Origin: Burkholderiales bacterium
Lineage (GTDB): Bacteria; Pseudomonadota; Gammaproteobacteria; Burkholderiales; SG8-39
Assembly: GCA_050246035.1 (NCBI GenBank)
Contig: JBFWWT010000003.1
Coordinates: 34,684-98,683 of the forward strand
Direction: 5' to 3'
DNA length: 64,000 bases
The notes beneath the pieces were generated by a model, which made no database searches, was not told the origin of the DNA, and was given only the letters and a program-made list of their open reading frames with translations. A program made the translations under genes and the position numbers. The number at the start of each line of letters is the position of its first letter. Position 1 is the first letter of the stretch. This document shows, piece after piece, positions 20,094-33,589 of this stretch.

Positions 20094-21431
20094 TTAGCGG
20101 TTCGTGCCCGCGCGCGCGGCGTCGAGCGTCAGCCCGTGGACAGCGGTGACGCGCAAATGTTCGCCCGCGCGCACCGGGGCGTTCACGCGCACGCGCCAGC
20201 GCTCGCCCTGCACCCGCGCCCAGCCCTCGCCCTCGATGTCCTCGAGCGCTACGCCTTCGGCGCCGACCAGGTACTCGCGGCCGCTCACCACCGGGCGGCG
20301 GCGCGTGCGCACCAGCATGCCGACGACGAGGAAGAAGAACGCCGCGGTGCCCACCGTGACGCCGGCGATCAGCGCGTAGGGGATCTCGAATTGCGGCACG
20401 TCGGTGTCGAGCAGCATGATCGAGCCGATGACGAAGGCGATCAGCCCGCCCACGGCGAGCGCGCCGCTCGAGGCGACCCATAGCTCGGCCGCCATGAAGG
20501 CGACGCCGAGCAGGAGCAGCGCCAGCCCCGCGTAGTTCACCGGCAGGAGCTGGAACGCGTACATGGCCACCAGAATGCAGATCGCGCCCACCACCCCGGG
20601 CAGGATGAGCCCGGGGTTGGAGAACTCGAAGATGAGCGCGTAGATGCCGATGAGGATCATCAGGTAGGCGACGCTCGGATTGGTGATCACCGCGAGCACG
20701 CTGGTGCGCCAGTCGCGCTCGATCTCCTCGGCCTGCGCGCCCTTGGTGGCGAGCTTGCGCTTCTCGCCGCCCGCCTCGACCGTGCGCCCGTCGATCGCCC
20801 CGAGCAGGGCCGGCACGTCTGCGGCGACCACGTCGATCACCTTGATCTTCCTCGCCTCGGCGGACGAAAGGCTCACCGCTTCGCGCACGGCGCGCTCGGC
20901 CCAATCGGCGTTGCGGCCGCGCAGCTCCGCGAGGCTGCGGATGTAGGCGGCGGCGTCGTTGGTCGCCTTGCGCATCATCGTGTCGCCCGCGGGCTGCGCG
21001 CCTTTCTTGCCGTCCTTGCCCGACGGATCCGGCTTGTCGCCGCCCGAGGGTGCGCCGATGGCCACCGGCGAGGCCGCGCCGAGGTTGGTCGCGGGTGCCA
21101 TCGCCGCGATGTGCGCGGCATACAGGATGAAGGTGCCCGCGCTCGCCGCGCGCGCGCCCGAGGGCCCGACCCAGGCCGCCACGGGCACCGGCGAGGCGAG
21201 GATGTCGCGAATGATGTCGCGCATCGAGGTGTCCAGCCCGCCGGGCGTATCCAGGCGCAGCACCACCAGCGGCGCGCCCTCCTTCGCCGCGCGCTCGAGG
21301 CCGCGGCTGACGAAATCCGCGGTCGCGGGCCCGATCGCGCCTTCGATCGCGATGACCGCGACCGGTGCGGCCTGCGCGAGCGCCGGCGCCAACGACAGGG
21401 CGGCTGCGATCAGATAGCGACGCAGGTCCAT
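20094..21431 (-). CDS. NfeD family membrane-bound ClpP-class serine protease
   Basis: Signal peptide, then VIAIEGAIGPATADFV, LDTPGGL, four TM helices and a C-terminal OB-like domain. Confidence 0.85.
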   Translation of the reverse strand: MDLRRYLIAAALSLAPALAQAAPVAVIAIEGAIGPATADFVSRGLERAAKEGAPLVVLRLDTPGGLDTSMRDIIRDILASPVPVAAWVGPSGARAASAGTFILYAAHIAAMAPATNLGAASPVAIGAPSGGDKPDPSGKDGKKGAQPAGDTMMRKATNDAAAYIRSLAELRGRNADWAERAVREAVSLSSAEARKIKVIDVVAADVPALLGAIDGRTVEAGGEKRKLATKGAQAEEIERDWRTSVLAVITNPSVAYLMILIGIYALIFEFSNPGLILPGVVGAICILVAMYAFQLLPVNYAGLALLLLGVAFMAAELWVASSGALAVGGLIAFVIGSIMLLDTDVPQFEIPYALIAGVTVGTAAFFFLVVGMLVRTRRRPVVSGREYLVGAEGVALEDIEGEGWARVQGERWRVRVNAPVRAGEHLRVTAVHGLTLDAARAGTNR

Positions 21432-21483
21432 GCGCGCACTATAAACCCCTTCCCGGTCGCTTAGAATCGCGGGTCCCGTCCCG

Positions 21484-27017
<5,534 letters not shown>

Positions 27018-27021
<4 letters not shown>

Positions 27022-27914
27022 AAGCCCTTCCACCTCCGCGGCGTCCAGTGGCGCTCGCGCTCATGATCGTCGCGCCGCTGCTGTGGAGCCTCGCGGGCGT
27101 GGTGACGCGCCACGTGGAGTCCGCCACGCCGCTCGAGATGGCTTTCTGGCGCTCGAGCTTCGCCGCGGTGTTCGTGTTCCTCGCGCTGCGCTTCGTAATG
27201 CGCAAGCCTCCCTGGGAGACCATGCGCAGCGCGGGCGGCGCGGGCATCGCCTCGGGCGCGATGTGGGCGATCATGTTCACCTGCTTCATCGTGGCGCTCA
27301 ACTTCACCAGCACCGCGAGCGTGCTCGTCGTGCAGAGCCTCGGCCCCTTCTTCACCGCGGTGCTCGCCTGGCTCGTGCTGCGCGAGCCGATCCCGGGTCG
27401 AAGCTGGCTCGCGATCGTCGCCGCGAGCCTCGGCATGGGCGCGATGTTCGGCGCCGGGCTCGCGGCCGACGAGCCCGCGCGGCTCATCGGGCTGCTCCTC
27501 GCGCTCGCCATCCCGGTCGCCGCGTCGGTGAACGTGATCCTGCTGCGCAAGACCGCCGCGCACCTCGACCTCATGCCCGCGGTGATGCTCGGCGCGCTCA
27601 TCTCCGCCCTCGTGACGCTGCCCTGGGCGCTGCCCTTCCAGGCGAGCGCGCGCGACGTGCTGCTCCTCGGCCTGCTGGGCGTCTTCCAGCTCGGCGTGCC
27701 GTGCCTGATGCTCGTGCTCGCGAGCCGCACGCTCACCGCGCCCGAGATCGCGCTGCTCGCGCTGCTCGAGGTGGTGCTCGGGCCGATCTGGGCGTGGCTC
27801 GGCGCGGGCGAGGTGCCGGCGATCACGACGGTGATCGGCGGGGCGATCGTGCTCGTCGCGCTGGCGGCGAACGAGGCCGCCGCGCTCGCGGAGCGGCGGC
27901 GTCAGGCGTCGTAG
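27018..27914 (+). CDS. DMT/EamA family transporter
   Basis: GTG start overlaps the UvrA-like stop (GTGA). 10-TM protein, e.g. [21 protein letters not shown]. Confidence 0.8.
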
Positions 27915-29002
27915 GCGAAGCGCCGCACCGCCTTTTCGTCCCATTCGATCCCGCAGCCGGGCCGCCGGGGAACGACAAGGCGGCTTTCGCTCAACTCGAA
28001 CGGCTCGGAGAGGATCGGATTCGCCCAGTCCTGCCACTCGAGCCAGTGCGCCGTCTCCGTGACGCGCATCAGATGCGCGCACACCTCGGGATAGAGGTGC
28101 GTGGAAACCGGAACGCCGCGCGCCGAGGCGATCGGCGCAGCACGCAGCCAGCCGGACACGCCGCCGATGCGCATGAGATCCGGCATGACGTAGTCGCAGG
28201 CCTTCGCCTGCAGTGCCACGGACAGGTCGCGCGGCCCGTAGAAGTTCTCGCCCAGTTGCACGGGCGTCCTCAGCTCCCGCGCGAGCTGCGCGCAGCCTTC
28301 GAGGTTGTCGTAGGCGATGGGCTCCTCCAGCCAGTAAAGGCCCTCGTCGTCGAGCGCGCGGCAGCGGTGCAGGGCTTCGCCGAGGCTAAGTCCCTGGTTG
28401 AAGTCGACCATGAGCTTCACCTCCTCGCCGACCGCGTCCCGCACGGCCGCGATCGCGGCGAGGTCCTCCTGCACGCGCTCGCGGCCGAGACGGAGCTTGA
28501 GGCCCTGGAACTGGCCCTCGGCGACCAGCTCCGCCGCCTCTTGCCCCATCGCGCCGAGCTCCGTTCCCAGCCACAGCCCGTTGCTGTTGTACGCCGGCAC
28601 CTCGCCGGTGCTGCCGCCGAGCAGAGCCGCGAGCGGCTTTCCGGCCGCCTTGGCCAGCGCGTCCCACGCCGCCATGTCCAGTCCCGCGACCGCGATCATC
28701 GCGATCCCCTCGTAGCCGAGCAGGTTGAGCGCCTTTCGCCCCTCCTGGAAGTCGTCGAGCGGCCGGACCGGCCGTCCCGCGCGCGCCGCAGCGAGATCGC
28801 GGATCGCCGGCACGACGTAGCGCGCGGCGTTTCGCAGGTAAGGCGCCAGATAGCTGCGTCCCACGATGCCCTCCTTCGTCCGCACATCGACGAGGATTAG
28901 CGGCCACTCGTCGTAGCGGCCGACCTTGGACACCACCGGCCGGCGCAGCGGCACGCAGACGGTGCGGACCTCGATGGACAGGTACGTCAGCGCAAACATC
29001 AT
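27902..29002 (-). CDS. mandelate racemase/muconate lactonizing enzyme family protein (enolase superfamily)
   Basis: IAVAGLDMAAWDALAKAAGKPLAALLGG, KLMVDFNQ, LYWLEEP and DYVMPDLMRIGGVSG. SD GGAGGA. Confidence 0.9.
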   Translation of the reverse strand: MMFALTYLSIEVRTVCVPLRRPVVSKVGRYDEWPLILVDVRTKEGIVGRSYLAPYLRNAARYVVPAIRDLAAARAGRPVRPLDDFQEGRKALNLLGYEGIAMIAVAGLDMAAWDALAKAAGKPLAALLGGSTGEVPAYNSNGLWLGTELGAMGQEAAELVAEGQFQGLKLRLGRERVQEDLAAIAAVRDAVGEEVKLMVDFNQGLSLGEALHRCRALDDEGLYWLEEPIAYDNLEGCAQLARELRTPVQLGENFYGPRDLSVALQAKACDYVMPDLMRIGGVSGWLRAAPIASARGVPVSTHLYPEVCAHLMRVTETAHWLEWQDWANPILSEPFELSESRLVVPRRPGCGIEWDEKAVRRFAYDA

Positions 29003-29018
29003 TCCTCCTTCTGGTTAT

Positions 29019-29030
29019 GTGTATATACCC
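29019..29030 (-). promoter_or_regulatory. GGGTATATAC motif (candidate -10 / MarR operator) upstream of the racemase-family gene
   Basis: Minus-strand reading is GGGTATATACACATAACCAGAAGGAGGA-ATG. The same GGTATATAC core recurs at 29465-29479. Confidence 0.4.
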
Positions 29031-29048
29031 TTATCGGGCCAAAAAAAA

Positions 29049-29462
29049 TCACGCCCCCTGCTCGATGCGCTCCAGCAGCGCGAAGAGCGCCGTCAGGCCG
29101 TCCTTGCCCAGCGTGCGCTCCACCTTCGCCTGCGCGCGCTCCCAGAGCGGGATCGCCTGCTCGAGCAGCTTCTGCGCCTTCGGCGCGAGCCGGATGGACC
29201 AAGCGCGCAGGTCCTCGTCATCTGCGAAGTGCACGAGCCCGCGGCGGCGAAGCAGCAGCAGGTTGCGCCCGAGCGTCGAGCGGTCCAGGGCCATCTCCTC
29301 GGCGAGTCGGGAAACGTTCACCGGCTGCAGGCGGCCGATGGTGCGCAGGGTCGAGAACTGGGTGATCTTCAGGCGCACGGGAGCGAGCGCCTCGTCGTAG
29401 AGCGCGGTGAGCGAGCGGCTCGCCCGCCTCGCGCGGACGCAGGCGCACTTCGTCTGGATCAT
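29049..29462 (-). CDS. MarR family transcriptional regulator
   Basis: LKITQFSTLRTIGRLQPVNVSRLAEEMALDRSTLGRNLLLLRRRGLV is a winged-HTH. Start taken at MIQTKC. Confidence 0.85.
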   Translation of the reverse strand: MIQTKCACVRARRASRSLTALYDEALAPVRLKITQFSTLRTIGRLQPVNVSRLAEEMALDRSTLGRNLLLLRRRGLVHFADDEDLRAWSIRLAPKAQKLLEQAIPLWERAQAKVERTLGKDGLTALFALLERIEQGA

Positions 29463-29464
29463 TC

Positions 29465-29479
29465 GTGGGTATATACCAC
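29465..29479 (-). promoter_or_regulatory. GGTATATACC palindrome (candidate -10 / autoregulatory MarR operator)
   Basis: Minus-strand reading is GGTGGTATATACCCACGA-ATG. The TATATA hexamer ends 7 nt before the marR ATG. The 10-bp palindrome is perfect. Confidence 0.45.
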
Positions 29480-29681
29480 CATTTCGGCGCCCGGGCACGC
29501 ACCCCGTGATTGCGCCGCCCACTCGTGTATACTGCGCGCCAGGTTTCTGTTGCGCGCATCCGGTTAGCGTCTCAGTCCGTTAGCACCGGCCCATCCCGGG
29601 CCGTCGAATAACAAGCCTAAGCTGCATCTGCCTGAACCGGTCGAAGGCGAAGCCTTCACAGGCCGATCTCAGGAGAGTGTC

Positions 29682-31013
29682 ATTACGTCTTTCGATTCCC
29701 TCGGGTTGAAGCCCGAGCTGCTCCGCGCCGTCGCCGAGCAGGGCTACACCGTGCCCACCCCCATCCAGGCGCAGGCCATCCCCGTGGTGCTCGCCGGCCG
29801 CGACCTGCTCGCCGCCGCGCAGACGGGCACCGGCAAGACCGCCGGCTTCACGCTGCCGATCCTGCAGCGCCTGGGCGCGCCGCAGCGGCACATCCGCGTG
29901 CTGGTGCTGGTGCCCACGCGCGAGCTCGCCGCGCAGGTGCAGGAAAGCGTGCGCACGTACGGCAAGTACACGAAGATCCGCTCGACCGTCGTCTACGGCG
30001 GCGTCGGCATCCATCCGCAGATCGCGGAGTTGAAGCGCGGCGTCGACATCCTCGTCGCCACGCCCGGGCGGCTGCTCGATCACGCGAACCAGCGCACCGT
30101 CGATCTGAGGTTCGTGGAAATCCTCGTCCTGGACGAGGCCGACCGCATGCTCGACATGGGCTTCATCCACGATATCCGCCGGATCATGAAGCTGCTGCCG
30201 CAGAAGCGGCAGAGCCTGCTCTACTCCGCCACGTTCTCCGAGGAGATCCGCTCGCTCGCGAGCACGTTCCTGCACGACCCTGCGACCGTGGAAGTCGCGC
30301 GGCGCAATACGCCCGCCGAGCTCGTGGACCAGGTCGCGCACCCCGTCGCGCAGGATCGCAAGCGCGAGCTGCTCTCGCATCTCGTGAAGGCCGGCGACTG
30401 GCAGCAGGTGCTCGTCTTCACCCGCACCAAGCACGGCGCGAACCGGCTCGCGCAGCAGCTCGAGCGCGACGGCATCGAGGCCGACGCCATCCACGGCAAC
30501 AAGAGCCAGAACGCGCGCACGCGGGCGCTCGCGCGCTTCAAGAGCCAGGAGCTGCGCGTGCTCGTCGCGACCGACATCGCCGCGCGCGGCATCGACATCG
30601 ACGCCCTGCCGCACGTCGTCAACTTCGACCTGCCGCACGTGGCCGAAGACTACGTGCACCGCATCGGCCGCACCGGCCGCGCGGGGGCCGAGGGCGCCGC
30701 CGTGTCGCTCGTGTCGCACGAGGAGCGTTCGCTGCTGTCCGCGATCGAGCGGCTGATGAACCGGAAGGTGGAGCTCCGGGTCGTGCCGGGCTTCGAGCCG
30801 GGCACCGCGTCGGCGCGGGCGCCGGAGCCGCAGCGTCCCGGCCGGCATTCGCGCCAGCAGCGTCGTCCGCAGGGGGCGCAGAACCGGCACGCGCGGCCGG
30901 GCGGTTCGCGCTCGCGCGTGCCGCATGGCGAGCGCCTGACCCGCGAGCAGGAAGCGCAGCTGCGCGAAACCGGCGCACGGCTCTCCGCCGGCGGCGGGCA
31001 ACGCCGGCGGTAG
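29682..31013 (+). CDS. rhlE: ATP-dependent DEAD-box RNA helicase RhlE
   Basis: (ATT)[44 protein letters not shown] and an Arg-rich tail. Homology starts upstream of the track's TTG 29706. SD AGGAGA lies 5 nt before ATT 29682. Confidence 0.85.
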   Translation: MTSFDSLGLKPELLRAVAEQGYTVPTPIQAQAIPVVLAGRDLLAAAQTGTGKTAGFTLPILQRLGAPQRHIRVLVLVPTRELAAQVQESVRTYGKYTKIRSTVVYGGVGIHPQIAELKRGVDILVATPGRLLDHANQRTVDLRFVEILVLDEADRMLDMGFIHDIRRIMKLLPQKRQSLLYSATFSEEIRSLASTFLHDPATVEVARRNTPAELVDQVAHPVAQDRKRELLSHLVKAGDWQQVLVFTRTKHGANRLAQQLERDGIEADAIHGNKSQNARTRALARFKSQELRVLVATDIAARGIDIDALPHVVNFDLPHVAEDYVHRIGRTGRAGAEGAAVSLVSHEERSLLSAIERLMNRKVELRVVPGFEPGTASARAPEPQRPGRHSRQQRRPQGAQNRHARPGGSRSRVPHGERLTREQEAQLRETGARLSAGGGQRRR

Positions 31014-31098
31014 GTCTCACGAAGGCGCTCGCCTGAACCGATCCGACCTCATCGGCCGTTGGCGCCTCCTGTCCTATACGACAGGCGGCGACCACCCG

Positions 31099-31398
31099 AT
31101 GGGGCCGGACGCCCGCGGCGTACTGCACTATTCCGCGGATGGGAAAGTGTCCGTCCACATCATGGGCGAGGGCTACTTCGCCTACTACGGGGACTACACC
31201 GTGGACGAGGCGGGCTCTTCCGTCACCCACCACCTCGAGATGTGCTCCGACCGGATGCTCGCCGGCGTCTCCAACCTGCGCCACGCGCGGATCGAAGGCG
31301 CGCGCCTGACCCTGACCGGCTCGATGCGCTTCGGCGAGCAGACCCGCGAGATCCGCGTCGTGTGGGCACGCGACGCCGAGCCGCCCGTGCCTGCTTGA
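31099..31398 (+). CDS. lipocalin-like domain protein (true start probably CTG 31033)
   Basis: The in-frame upstream sequence LNRSDLIGRWRLLSY.. looks like the conserved family N-terminus. No ATG, GTG or TTG is available there. Confidence 0.6.
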   Translation: MGPDARGVLHYSADGKVSVHIMGEGYFAYYGDYTVDEAGSSVTHHLEMCSDRMLAGVSNLRHARIEGARLTLTGSMRFGEQTREIRVVWARDAEPPVPA

Positions 31399-32210
31399 TC
31401 TACTACCTCGTCACCCGCCCGCACGCCTACACCGTCGCCACGTTCGTCCAGGGCTGGGGCAAGGCGCTCGCCGGGCATGTCCTCGTCGCCCCCTACGACG
31501 GGCTGTTCGCCGGCAATCCGCTCCCGCAAGGCGGGACGTACATCTTCTCGGACCTCGACCGCCTCACGCCCGGGGAACGCGCACGCCTCGTGCCGCTTCG
31601 CGACGGCCTGCGGGGGCGCGTACTGAACGACCCGCAACGCTCGCTCCTGCGCTATGAGCTCCTGTCCGCACTGCACGCGCGCGGCATCAATGCGTTTCGC
31701 GCCTGGCGCAATGGCGAGGCGCCCGAGCGCCAGCCCGTGTTCCTGCGACCCGAGGCCGGATTCCTCACGGCGGCGCCGCAGCTGCATGCGATGGCGCCGC
31801 CCATCCCCGAGGGCCAGCTCGCGGTGGAGTTCTGCGACACGGCCGGCGCGGACGGTCTCTACCGCAAGTATGGCGCCTACGTGGTCGGCGAGCGCATCGT
31901 GCCGCGCCACCTCTTCTTCAGCAGGAACTGGCTGGTGAAGGGCGCGGACCTGCGCCAACCCGAGCACCTGGCCGAAGAGCTCGACTATCTGCGCGGCAAC
32001 CCGCATGCGGCGCCCCTGCTCGAAGTCAGCCGCCTGGCGCGCATCGAGTGGGGACGCATCGACTACTCGCTGCTCGACGGGCGCATCCAGGTGTGGGAGA
32101 TCAATACCAATCCGCTGTTCGTCCTGCCGGGAATCGAGGATGGCCGGGAAGCGGCACACCGCCTCTCGGCACAGGGCATCGTCGAGGCGCTGCTCGCGCT
32201 CGAGCGCTAG
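31395..32210 (+). CDS. uncharacterised ATP-grasp-like protein
   Basis: TTG start in a TTGA overlap with the upstream stop. The C-terminal ..IQVWEINTNP.. is reminiscent of ATP-grasp. The rest is unassigned. Confidence 0.5.
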   Translation: MIYYLVTRPHAYTVATFVQGWGKALAGHVLVAPYDGLFAGNPLPQGGTYIFSDLDRLTPGERARLVPLRDGLRGRVLNDPQRSLLRYELLSALHARGINAFRAWRNGEAPERQPVFLRPEAGFLTAAPQLHAMAPPIPEGQLAVEFCDTAGADGLYRKYGAYVVGERIVPRHLFFSRNWLVKGADLRQPEHLAEELDYLRGNPHAAPLLEVSRLARIEWGRIDYSLLDGRIQVWEINTNPLFVLPGIEDGREAAHRLSAQGIVEALLALER

Positions 32211-33550
32211 GGCCACTGCGCCGCATGGTGGCCGAGCGGCACCGGCGGCCGCTCCCAGCGGGGCGGCGTCTCCGACATTTCCACGACCGGTTTCAGGTGG
32301 GCAATGACGCCCGCCGGTGAAGGCGTTTCCATCGTCGCGCCTGGCGCCTCCACCGCCCGGGCAGGATCCACCATCCCCCGATCCACGATCCACTGCCCCA
32401 CGCGCGCGAGGGCAACCCGCACGCGCCAGCTGCCGCCCTCCTTCGCGCGCCGCGCCAGAGCGGCCATCGCGCCGAAGGCCATCAGGTAGCCGCTCACGTA
32501 GTCGATCGCGGAGCACGGCAACAGCTTCGGGTCGCCTGAACCGCCCTGTGTGCTCGCCATGCCGCTCACGCACTGCACGATGCTGTCGAACCCGCGCCGG
32601 TCCTTCCATGGACCCGCAGGCCCCCAGGCGGACAAGGACACGTAGACGATCCCCGGGCGCGACTTCGCGAGCGCCTCCGGAGTGAACCCGCGCGCAGCGA
32701 GCGCGCCGGGACGATAGGACTGCGAAAAGACGTCCGCCTCGGAAACAAGCCTGCGCAGCGTCTCCACGTCGGACTTCTCGCGCAGGTCGAGCTGTGCCGA
32801 GAGCTTTCCGATGCCCGTATCGAAATCCACGTCACCCGAATCCGGCAGGTGGGCGGCGGTGATCTTCAGGACGTCCGCGCCGTGCTCGGCCAGCGTCTTC
32901 GCCGCCGTCGGCCCGGCGAGCACGCGCGTGAGGTCCAGCACCCGAATTCCCGACAGCGGCCGGCCGGCCTTCGGCAACGGCGTGGGCGGCGCATCGCCGA
33001 TGCGCTCGATCTCGAGCAGCGGTTGCCCTGCCACTGCATGCGCATGCGCATGCCCAGCCCACTCATCGGCAGAGCGCACCAGCGCCGCGCAACCGCCCGC
33101 CGCGTGGATAGCGTCCTCCAGCTCGAGCCCGTCCCACGAGCCTGCGGCCTTCTTCGCCGCCTCGACGTCCTCCTCGACCCCGAGCACACCGAGCGCCGCC
33201 GCCCGGTGGTGCGGATAGTTTGTGTGGAAGCGCACCCAGCGCCCGTCGCGAACCGGATAGAAAAGGCTGAAGGGGTCCCAGATGGCCTTGGGCGGATTGC
33301 CGTCTATGCGCAGGTAAGTCGCGCTCTTCAGCGAAGCCGCCGCGGCGCGCAGATCCACGCCGACCCGCTGGGGCCGGCCGCCGCGCAATGCCCACAACTG
33401 CGACGCGGCAACGCCGGTCGCCGCGAGCGCCGCCGCTCCCGCGGTCCCTACGCGATAGGGGGTTTTCAGCGCCGGGTCCGCGCCGCGAATCTCCGCCTCG
33501 CCATCGATTCCCGCGATGCCCAGAAGCTCGCGCAGCGCCGCCTGCGGCAT
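32207..33550 (-). CDS. family III CoA-transferase-like protein with atypical domain order
   Basis: The LSGIRVLDLTRVLAGPTAAKTLAEHGADVLKI motif lies at about aa 200 rather than at the N-terminus. The first 190 aa resemble the usual C-terminal/small-domain segment. Confidence 0.8.
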   Translation of the reverse strand: MPQAALRELLGIAGIDGEAEIRGADPALKTPYRVGTAGAAALAATGVAASQLWALRGGRPQRVGVDLRAAAASLKSATYLRIDGNPPKAIWDPFSLFYPVRDGRWVRFHTNYPHHRAAALGVLGVEEDVEAAKKAAGSWDGLELEDAIHAAGGCAALVRSADEWAGHAHAHAVAGQPLLEIERIGDAPPTPLPKAGRPLSGIRVLDLTRVLAGPTAAKTLAEHGADVLKITAAHLPDSGDVDFDTGIGKLSAQLDLREKSDVETLRRLVSEADVFSQSYRPGALAARGFTPEALAKSRPGIVYVSLSAWGPAGPWKDRRGFDSIVQCVSGMASTQGGSGDPKLLPCSAIDYVSGYLMAFGAMAALARRAKEGGSWRVRVALARVGQWIVDRGMVDPARAVEAPGATMETPSPAGVIAHLKPVVEMSETPPRWERPPVPLGHHAAQWP

Positions 33551-33589
33551 GCCTTAACTTAGCACGCGCTCGGTTAAACTCGCCCGACC

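Noticed and set aside
21468-21483. CGCGGGTCCCGTCCCG just upstream of the UvrA-like ATG resembles the repeat right arm GAGGTCCGTCCCC
   Set aside because: It has an indel and several mismatches and no partner arm. This is too weak to call a repeat relic.
29523-29670. Possible riboswitch or leader in the 160-nt region upstream of rhlE
   Set aside because: I found no recognisable riboswitch consensus and no convincing terminator/antiterminator pair. Only a generic long 5' region is apparent.
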